In this document: in pieces, positions 53,899-64,000 of the stretch
Position numbering within the stretch: the stretch's first letter is position 1
Layout of the letters: every line of letters starts with the position of its first letter
Assembly: GCA_030704615.1 (NCBI GenBank)
Contig: CM060732.1
Coordinates: 66,836,001-66,900,000 of the forward strand
DNA length: 64,000 nucleotides
From: Takakia lepidozioides
Lineage: Eukaryota; Plantae; Bryophyta
Reading direction: 5' to 3'
The notes under the pieces: model-generated
What the model was told of the DNA's origin: nothing
Databases searched by the model: none
What the model saw: only the letters and a program-made list of their open reading frames with translations
Program-made: the position numbers and the translations under genes

Positions 53899-56800
53899 TC
53901 ATAAAGCAGATCCCAGAAGCTCTCTCAAAACCTGGGCCCACTTTTTTGTCCGAATCTTCAGCGCCTTTGGAGTGGAGACGAGATTGGCCTTGAATTCAGC
54001 ATCCTAGCCAGATCATGAAAAGAACATGATTGCAACCAAGTCCGCCCAAGGTTTTGGAGATCTCAACAGCATGATGATAATGTTTCACTAGATTTAATGT
54101 TTGCAGATTGCCGATTGACATGAAACCTCTCCCTAATGTGCTGTCCAACAAGAAGTCTATCACACCTCATGTACAAGGCACAACATTGTCTGTTGGCACA
54201 GGGCCAAGGGAGCCAAAATGGGCTCAGCAAATTGTATGTGGAATGAGCAGTTGTCCAACAAATATATGAAAAGAGGGTACTGATTGACATTGCTATTTTC
54301 TTGCAGGGGAATGTTTCAACATACCTTTTTCACTAGATCATCAAAGTGAGTTACAAGAGCCTCCTTCTTACTCATCACTGCCAGGCTGTTGTACCCCAAG
54401 AAGCCAAACTGCTCAAAGACAGACAGCCAGTATCACCAAAGACCAAACCTGAGCAGAGCAGCTTCTATCTCAGTAGAACGTGAAGCTCCAAACAAAAAGA
54501 TTCCCCCAACTTCCATATGTACTAAAAGATCCCTTGACTGGAAAGCAAAAGCATTTTTTGGTGTGATGTGGTACAGGGATTGCAAAATAGAACAACCTTC
54601 CACCACTGTGTTCTAGATACATCGGACCCTTGGTCAGTCCAAACATAGTATTGTCATGTGGCCAAAAGAAGTGTATGCTTTACTCACAAGGGTAGGTTGT
54701 ACACATACCATGATTGTGTCCCACAAGCAGACATTAGGATCGGCCTCATGTCTTGGACCCCTGCATACATGAAGCTCTTCTTAATTCCCCATGTAGTAGC
54801 AAGTTATGAAGAAAATGAGTCATGGGATAGTGACCATGCTCTTTAATTTCCATGCAAAACAAGTGCCCCAATGAATCTCTTTGGAAAAAGGCCAGCTTCA
54901 TACTGCAAAGGCTCAAATTATGGTCATGCTGTTCAAGTGCACATTTGGTAGAGTCTGAAACAAAGTTTCCCTTGCTATACCTTATAAACGAAGTATTCTA
55001 CAGTTTTCTTGGAGTCCAAAACTGTTTGCAGTATCATCAAAACAGCCCATACTTCTCCTATTGAGTGCTTCGCATGACTATTGGTTTAATGCATAGTGTA
55101 AATATTACACATCCCCTGTCCTTGTAACCGTTTTTTACAGGCAATAGCTTGCTTGACGAGGAAATGAATGGTGCCAGTAATTCTGTGTTTTTGGCACAGG
55201 TACGGTGGCGATGCCACATCCATTTTTTGTTGTACTGGTAACTGGAAAGCCACCATGCAGTATAAAGTCACAAAAAATCCCTGTAGTTACACCAAAGAAG
55301 GGTGTGCCCAGAGAATGCTAAGTATTCATACATGTCTGCGGGCAGTAATAATGTGGAGAGGTAAGGGCAATGATATAGCCCCTACCTTTGACCATCTGCA
55401 CACTGCAAGGTTGAAGACACATCGATGCCCTCTCTCTCTGCAATAAGACACCAAGCATCAAAGTCACTGAGTTTGTGCCCCGTACCGGGGCATTCGAAAG
55501 ACTTGATCGCCAAAAACATTCACAGCCAGCGTGACGGAGCGCATAAATTCGTCCTTCATTGTCTGTGCCTCCACCTCCTCAAGAAACCGATGCCTGCCAT
55601 GTCAACTAGTGTGCCCATCAGGATTACAATCGTTATAAAGCTCAAAGCAGAACCCAATTTTTCTTCCCCCTGGAACATCCTAATTCCAGCCATCATCAAC
55701 TGTGAGTGTTGGACTGACCTCTCGTTATTAAGCCAGTTCTTCACTGGCAGATAAAAGTTCTCCAAACCAGTCCGCCTTAATGCAAAGAATCTCAGAATAA
55801 ATTCTCTATCGCGCATCCTGCAAGCCCATAATTCCATAAAATCCCCTCCTTGAATATAGCTGCTGAGACGGAAAAGCAAAATTGGACTTCATAGAAGTCT
55901 TTGTCTCTTCCACAGGAGTGGTGACCTAACTAAGCTAAAGAATAGGAGGAGACATCATCAGTTGACATGGAAATTATACTCTTTTGATCAGAAAGTTAGC
56001 AATATGGTATATCAGCACATCCTTACAAGTCTTTACTAACCCAAATGACTACCTCCAATGATGGGTCAAACCAGCACCTCTTATGTGGAATGTCCTGATG
56101 AAAAACTTTAAGCATATGGGGATGCGATGCCAGTTCATCCAGCAGATCATTGTAACTGCACAAAGCACAGCATTGATTGAATCCGTCAGGGACAAGTGTT
56201 TTTGTCATATAATTTCTGGGTACTAATTGCACACCACGCTTAGGAATGCAAGAGTGTTTACTGCCTATACGAGAGCACCCACTGGAGATCCGTGCACACA
56301 CTGCTGAGCTCTTGGCAAAAGCTTCAGTCTACTGACCATCTTTAGGAAGCTGCTCCAGCTGCTTTGTAACCTCTTATGAGAGAGCTGTAGATTTTTCGTA
56401 ACTTCCTTACTGCTTCTAACCAGTAACCATAAAGTAGGACTGACAGCAGCCAGTAATCCTTACAGTTTTCGTGGGCTAATTTTAGAAATGACACAGACTT
56501 CCAAATGCAAGCCTGCTAGCTGAATGAGCAGACAACTTACCTGCCTTGAAATACACAATTGCGGAGCTCTTGCTCATTAAGCTGCAAAGGAGACATCAGA
56601 GACAAAAAATCATAATCATACAGTACTACCATGCATGCTAACTATGCAATATAACCTTCCCTTGTACGCCTCATTACATTCATCCAACTGACCTGATTGT
56701 GAAGTAGTAGCCTGACTGTAAGTTGCATAGAGCTTAGTCATATCACCTACTGTTTCACCATCCGAAAAGACCAGGGACAGTTGCAGGATACGGACCTGGG

Positions 56801-59184
56801 TGGAGCCCATGTTGAGCCGTTCGAATACCTGCAAGGGGGCATACATTTGCAAGACCGCATCCCAGAAACCAGATCAAAACCTAAAAAAGATGATTGATGT
56901 ATTTCTGGGACAACAACCATTTGCTTGCATGGTACAATGACTGTTCAAAAGAATATCGAAATGTACCGCAAAAACAACCTCATCATCCGAATGGCGAGAA
57001 ATGGTATGCACATTTAGAGCAAAGTCTTGCATCACCTGCCAGAGCTACAACACCTGATCACTCACCCAAGCAAGCTTCCTTTCTTATACACAATTCTTGT
57101 AAGGAGGAAAGTAATGTTCACTAAGATGCTAGAAATTCATCTGCGAAAATGTGTTATTTATCAGCATTGTCAAAGTTGAAATGGAGAACCCACAGTGACT
57201 CACCTCTCTAAGAGATTCATCAACGTCCGCATACTTCATACCATTTAACTAAGAGCACACCATCACAGCCACATCAAGTGGCTCCATCAGTACACTTTCA
57301 GGAGTCAGACAGACACCCTATTAACCCAACCAACAATAGCCTTGCAGATGCAGCAAGGCAGATACATTGGGTGAATTGGTTACTTCGGCAAACCTACCCT
57401 GTCAAGGACCTCCAGCCCCGTCAAGGCAAACTCAGCCCCATCCGGAAACTTTTGGACCTCCATGAATGACCTGCCATGGCCAACTGAATATGCATTTTCA
57501 GCAGCTACTTGGTTGAATGAAGCAAACCCAGGCCCAAAGATTAATGGGCCACACACAAGCCCTCCATGGTGGTGAGTAACGAGAGACTTTTAAAGTTCAC
57601 TATGGCCTTGCCACAAACAGACGAGTTTCACTTACCAAATGCTCGTAAGTCGTTGTTTTCCCTCCGCAACCTCCAGCTGGCCTCTGTAAGATTGCTGTAA
57701 CTTAAAAATTATGCAACACTTGTAACTGCAAGCACACACATCCTGGCTAGTTCCAAGATTGCCACTAAACATAAAAGCCCATGACAACAAACACCAAGAA
57801 TGGCCAACTACTCTTAAAGATTCAAGTGCACCTACAAACTCAGCTTTTTCAATACTGGCAAAAGGTTACTTTGCAATACATCCTCTCAAGTAGACAATGC
57901 TGAAGGCCCTTACTGGCTTTTCTCATGGAAAAACATGGTGGGTAGAGGGATGTTGAGCAGGACTGACTCGATGAGCTTGCTTGCTGTGCGCTTATCCCAA
58001 ACATAGTCACGCTGCTCTATAACCAACAAACTGTTAGCTCGTATCATTTGTGGAAGGTTGAAATCCAGCCAGTGAATGGATCACACACAAAAGCTGAATA
58101 ATAGCAGTTGACATACGCAAGAAAATGGAAGTCCTTCTTTACACAGAAAGCAGAAATAAGGCTTAACAAACCTGGTATGATGGCCGTAGGTCAAGCTTGC
58201 CCCTCCTTATCTTGTCCAGTACAGAGCTCACAGTAAAATCTGCAAAAGCAGTCCACTAGACGTTTTGGCAGTCTGCCAGACTTTGGGGGCATGACTTTTG
58301 GCCATGCAAGAGAGCTCATGTATCCTCAACACTGCACTGACTGTAAGGCATTGATTGTACCTAATCATGTATTGGGAGGCATTACAACAAGGCTCAGTAA
58401 AGTCTGCAATTGTACATAGACAAAACTACTTCACCTCCTCTAACAAAGCCCTCCTAAGTCCAGTTGTCAACCCACGGTTAAACCCTCTTCACTCCCCTCA
58501 GCTGGTGCAATCCCCCGCTCCTGCACGCCCCAAAAGGATCTTTCTCTCTCCCTAAGACAAACACACAAATACAGACTCTAAATTACTCGGAAGAGTGCTA
58601 ATACCAGCTTTACTGATTTGCAAAACACGTTCTCCAGAAACAAGGCGGTGCTCCACACGGTGTCCAGTGTTTTCAAAATTCCCCTGACTCTCATTTTCTT
58701 TGCCTTCTTCGATGGTACTCAATTCTGTTGACAGTGCTGCCACAGTTGTCCTCCACTGCGTCCCTGAGCTCCTATAATTTTTGTCATACATTCCACATCC
58801 TTGACTTCCCCGCAAAACTTTCAGGCTTTTCCGGCAGCCAAAGCATTGTATCGTGCTACATCTAGAGGCAGACGTCACCATACACCTCTTCGAAAATATG
58901 GTCGTGGTACCAGTCTTACTGAACAGCCATGGCAAATGAATGCATTGAATAACTGGCGCTGAACTGGTCCTATCTGATGGGAAGCTGTGCAGAGATAAAT
59001 TCTTGCATTCTGCTGCAAAGTCACATGTTCGGTACATGCAGGGCTCAAATACTGCAGAGGTGCAGTGGCCAGGTAGCAGGGGACCATTTTCTCTCACGCC
59101 TTTCAGTACACTAGTAATAAGAGACGGAAAGCCGCCCTCTGAGCTGTGTCTGCAGACTAGTAGGACACGCAGAAAGGTGTCCAT
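53899..59184 (-). CDS. DUF262 (GmrSD N-terminal / ParB-Srx fold) domain protein, 15 exons, ~526 aa from the first in-frame ATG
   Basis: Exons 59184-58605, 58239-58172, 58011-57914, 57683-57636, 57470-57398, 57248-57204, 57035-56967, 56828-56796, 56581-56541, 56155-56078, 55817-55719, 55593-55486, 54760-54709, 54408-54325 and 54003-53899. All introns are GT-AG and phase-compatible. Motifs LRPSYQRDYVW, SKLIESVLLNIPLP, EVAEGKQRLTSI and VFERLNMGSTQLNEQELRN. The start codon is uncertain (59184, 59037 or 58881). Confidence 0.88.
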
Positions 59185-62100
59185 TCCAACGGTCCACCAT
59201 TGTTGGTAGCCTGTGAATTTGTTCACGATTGTTTGGTGCGAACATGGGGGGAAAGGAAGTCGCCGTCAGTGCCTGTGGCAGACAACCTTCCAAACAGCTT
59301 GGGCCTCCTTGACACCCAGCATCCCAGGGAAAGAGCCCGCACATGAAGTTTGCGAAATGCTCATTCTGATCCTACCGGGGCTTTCTACGGTACTTCAGTA
59401 AGAAATTCTCGTTTGCAACAGAGCAGTTCACTAACAGCAGGGCGGTTCTGGATACTCGCTGCACGCTTGTGCACATATGTATTATCGTGTGAAATCTGGG
59501 CTGCATCTTCTCTGCCGTGACTTCAACAGCAAGAGCGAGACACAAGTGAGCTAGTCTTATTAACACCACCGTTGTAGTTGGATGCTTGGTCTACATAATG
59601 GTCAGCTTCAGCCGGGTGTTCGGTGTTGAGGGAAGGCTAGCCATCTCTTGGCTGCAAAGCTATGTGATTTGTTTTCATTCCCCCTTATTGGGGCAAACGT
59701 TGCTGCTCCCCGAAATTAAACCCAACTGATAAAAGCTTCGCAAACACCCGGCACACAAGGTGCTTGATTCCCCCACTTGTTGCTCAGAGGACGTGAGGAG
59801 CTGTGGAATTGTGCTGGGCTGAGAGGGAGAGAGAGAGAGGGAAGAAAGTAAGAAACTCTACTGTCCACAGAAAGCTCAAAGAGCTTATGCTACAAAAGAA
59901 AAGGATACAAGAAAGATGTGGGGCCACTCAACTGGAAGAAGAAAAAGAAAGAAAGAAAGAAGATCTTTGGAGACGATGCTAGTTGCAAGCTTGAACCAAG
60001 TCATCATGGTATTTCCACTTAGAACACACATCAAATTAGTGGCTACATAATGGCCTCGAAAACATGTTTGCAGAAATAAGGACTGTTGCTTTCAAAACAC
60101 CAAGACCTTCATCAGCATTCTATCAACACTGTGTGTTCGATGGTAACCTAACAAGCCAAGAACCTCTACTGTGGTCAATACTCTACAAAGGGGAGATGGA
60201 AGGGTACTTCTATGAACCTAGCTGTCACTAGTAGATACAAAAGCCAGATTGGAAAGAGTAACAATGCTGCAATCGCCACTTTGTCCAGGCCACCTGCACC
60301 ATCCACTCGTTGGCTGAGGACAGTCCTTGCTCTTGACAAAACCACCATCGCAACTAGTACCCAAGTTGAGCACTATATACAAGCTAAAACATTGGCACAT
60401 AGATACATTTCATTAAGAGCTGGGAAGCATCCTGACACTTAAACTGGAACAGAGCAATGCTAAATGTAACCTGCCCAGTAATTCAAGCTCTCTCTCTCTC
60501 TCTCTCTAAGTTGATCAATGTCACACCAATTAAGATCCCCCCATATGTTTCCAGAAGGACCATACCGAACATTCTTAGACTCTGAAATGTAGTCACTCTT
60601 TGGAAAGCAGGTAAATGGAAATGCAACCACTTCCACTCTGTTTAGGACCATAGAGGCAGTAGAAAGTCCATTACGAGATGATGTGTTTTAAAGGTAGGTC
60701 AGTCTTCATGAAGATGGAGCCAATGAAACTGTAGTTGGAAGGTCTGATGACAATAACCAGAAACCATGGCTATCAGGAAGGGAAAATCCCTCACCTTCGG
60801 TATTGTCATTGTCTGTGTTCTCAAGCAACCAGTCACCCATCAGGCGGAACTTATTAAAAAGCTGCCCATCTGTCTCTTTCTTGCCCTTCTCTCCGGTCAA
60901 CTGCTGCTCTAGTGCCTCCAACACAGTCACAGGCCTGTCACCCCATTCGTGAGTCAGAGCATTCCAACCTTACTACGATTTCATGCGAAAAGTCATGCTG
61001 CAAACCAACAAACGCACCAGAAGACAAGCAATAATGAAGTCATTGAATCCTAAGACATAGAGATGCTAAAGAGACTCCGGAGTGACGCTTTTGCCAGGTA
61101 CTCTCTCCCCATCACCAAGAGTGGAGAAAAATCTGTATGTAGGAGTTCCTCCTTAGCCCGGGATGCATGGAATGCGCTTTTGAGCTAAAAGTTCTCGGAG
61201 GAGACCCATCTCACCGACCCACCGTGGGAACTAAGGCTTCTGACAACGTCAGCTCACCATTGTGATGATCCACCAAACGATTTCACAACCTCCTGCAAAA
61301 GTATCAATGTTGCACTGATTTTGTAACTGTCTTCTCGAGCCCAGAACATCTCCAATTGGGGAGTGTAATGGAAAGTGTACTTTTCAGTAAGGAATTGCAG
61401 TGGACAGTCTACTCAAGTCCACAGTTACTCATACTCGCGACATTACCTGTCTTGAGGAAGCTTTTTGTCTCGGGGAGACCCTCTCACAGCCTTCTTCTCA
61501 ATGCCCAGTTTTCTCTCGAGCTCTGACAGTGTCTCCCTTTCCTCCCCGTTCTCACCCCCTCCCTGCTTTGCTGCCCCGGCTCTCACACAAATACTAGTAG
61601 GATGCAACACTCTGAGTGACTCCGAGGTACACAGGCGGCTTCTTCCTGGGGCAAAAGGAGGACCACGAGAGTATGCAACACCCGCGAGGGTAGTGCACAG
61701 AGATGGCATTGTAGTATTGTACAGCTGCAACACCACCTCCCTCACCCTGTGCGGCCTCTTTTGATCAATGTAACTTAGACAGATAACAAAGAAGCATAGC
61801 TTGCACCAATACTTATCTTTCTGCACTTCAGAGGGCGTCTTTGCTTCTCTCTCTGCTTGATACAACGAGTGATTCAGAAGCATGGAGCAAAAGTGAAAGA
61901 GTGATCTTGCCAGGTAACAAGGCCATCAGGATTACAATCTTCCTGCCGGAGAAGAACCACCACCAACTCTACAATGCTGGTTCTTCCTTTCACAGTTCAG
62001 GATCTCCACATACAAGGAGAGAGACAAAAGGGGTGGGACAAAGTAGGGAACACCATCAAGAGAAACCTTTTTTAGGGTCTCTTTCCCAAAATCCCTTATG

Positions 62101-62588
62101 CATGCTTGTGTGGTGGGGCAGCAGGCAATATGACAGAGTGCTGTAAGCTTGTGGTGTGGGTAGCAACAAAGTGCAGCCAACTTACAACCATGTCCCTCTT
62201 CATCCTTCAGAATGTTCTTTCCCCTTGGTCCGTTATCTCCCTGCCTTCTGGTTTCCAGATTCACTAGCTTGACTACCTGTGATGGACAATTCATCACCAA
62301 TTTTGCTAGCTCTGCAATTCATCCATTTCATTTCAAAATCATGACCAATCATCCTCCGCAACCTGGCTGCATAGTGGACATTGGCAGATGTGTCTACTAA
62401 AATATTTCACTAGGATATCACAAATGAACACAACTGCAAGAGAATCACAGTGATAGAGGGTCACAAATGACACAGACATTACAGAGTGAGAAGGCACTAC
62501 TGCCACATCTTTCTCAGCCAAAATAGCTATCAGGCCGCCAGCCCACGAGGGCATTGAAATATAGTTTCCCACTAACAAAAAAACAAAG

Positions 62589-63837
62589 TTACACTTTGAA
62601 GCCCCTGCTATTACGGCGACCGCGAGCCTTCTCAAACTTCCGACCCTTATGGCGCACATAAGGCTTCGTGTGACTGTGAGGCACTCCTGGTGCTCTTCCA
62701 AAGTGCTTCACTGCCTCCCGGGCATTCTTTGGCCCACGCAGCAACACCTGCACATTTGCATCTGACAACCTCAGAAATGGCATCTCGAAACCATTTTATA
62801 AAATGATTACTAAGCAAAACCATTGCATGGAGATTTTGTCACCAATACTCTTTTGCTACAACTTTGCCAACAAACACTTAAGATTAGCAAACAAGGCCTC
62901 TGATCTCCAAATCAATGTCCCTGCCATGTCATTCACTACCATTGACACCATGAACATTGAAGCCAACAGGCACTCATTTTGTAGGTCTGCGTGATTGCAG
63001 TGAACTAATGGATGCAACAACTTACAGTGTTGGCTCCAGTAGGTGCCCGCAGAGCAAGCTGGTCAAAAGTGAGTACTTCCCCACCAGCCTTCAAGATTCG
63101 AGCTCGTGCAGTCTCAGTAAAGCGGAGAGCAGCCACCTTCAATGCTGGCACCTCATACAGTCTTGTATCATCCGTCACAGTTCCAACAAGTACTGCAATT
63201 TGGCCTTCCTGAGAACATATGACAAATGTTCGTTCAGACAGCAGACGCAACGAGCTAGAAAGACCATAAGACTCCCCACATTAGGATCTGCCTATCTAAC
63301 CCACCTAGAGGTCACAAAATGTGCATAGGCTCATGACATTTAGCCGCTCCCTGGGCCGAAATGTAAGCGAGTCGTCTGGATGGGTTGATAAAGCAGAGCC
63401 AGTGGTAGTCTCTGCAGTGGGGAACATGCTACACCTACTGTCAATATGGGGATGGGTCTACTTGTCAATGTGAGCAGGCGTTAAGGAGATTGAGGTAGAG
63501 AGGCTAATGCAACGTATGGTTTCTGGGTCAGGCATACAAATAAAAGTACAGTTGGAAAGATGTTTGAGGGAGATTGCAGGGTGAAATTGAGGAATGGATG
63601 ATACTTTCTTTGATTGGAGCCAGTGATAGTAGTGAAGTCCTGTGCTGGAATTTAGTTAAGACACGAGTACCATTGCAAACGAGAATGCACTCACTCTAAT
63701 AAACATACCTTCCCCTTCATGTATCTGACAAGGCGAGACAGTGAGAGAGGAGGTCGGTTGGTTCTGCTCATGAACAGGCGCTTCAAGACAACCCCATTAA
63801 ATGGACTTTCGGTCCTTCTGACGAGAAAACGGTACAG
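62589..63837 (-). CDS. RPL18: 60S ribosomal protein L18 (eL18), last three exons; 5' exons lie beyond the window
   Basis: Exons 63837-63709 (LYRFLVRRT...[18 protein letters not shown]), 63208-63026 ([30 protein letters not shown]) and 62747-62589 ([38 protein letters not shown]). Confidence 0.97.
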
Positions 63838-64000
63838 CTGCATCCCGATGACATCCCCACGACAGTCGGCATGACCATCAAATATGAGAGATTTTAACTT
63901 GACACTGACACAAATGGAACCTAAACTCCAGGCAACCTAATCACCTGGCAAGCTGTTCTTTACAGAATTACAAACAGTCGAGGGTCGTTGGAATCCAACC

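Noticed and set aside
1-59184. A single restriction-modification-like system made of the C5 MTase, the ParB-MTase and the DUF262 gene
   Set aside because: They sit in two unrelated transposons and one host gene, tens of kb apart. Co-location is most simply chance.
53899-59184. Bacterial contamination as the source of DUF262
   Set aside because: Fourteen spliceosomal introns and flanking plant genes (TPK, RPL18) show it is a nuclear gene.

Overview
Eukaryotic nuclear DNA from a seed-free land plant, most likely a bryophyte (inferred from spliceosomal introns, PLS-type PPR repeats, a TPK channel, a Replitron and the transposon families). The first ~48 kb is a nested transposon graveyard. It holds a Gypsy-like retrotransposon with a DNMT3-type C5 methyltransferase inside its polyprotein, and an 8.7-kb Mutator-like element with a 9-bp TSD inserted in a LINE. 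The Mutator-like element carries a divergent spliced gene with a ParB/Srx-fold domain and an N6/N4-methyltransferase-like C-terminus, and that gene's introns hold arrays of a ~24-bp palindrome. Also present are a head-to-tail Helitron array, several MITEs, an L1 LINE split by a solo LTR, a Replitron HUH relic, a pogo-like transposase, and PPR and epoxide-hydrolase pseudogenes. The last ~15 kb has host genes: a TPK K+ channel, an apparently intact 15-exon gene for a bacterial-type DUF262 (GmrSD/ParB-Srx fold) protein, and the 3' part of RPL18. All family calls come from motifs recognised by eye; no database searches were run.
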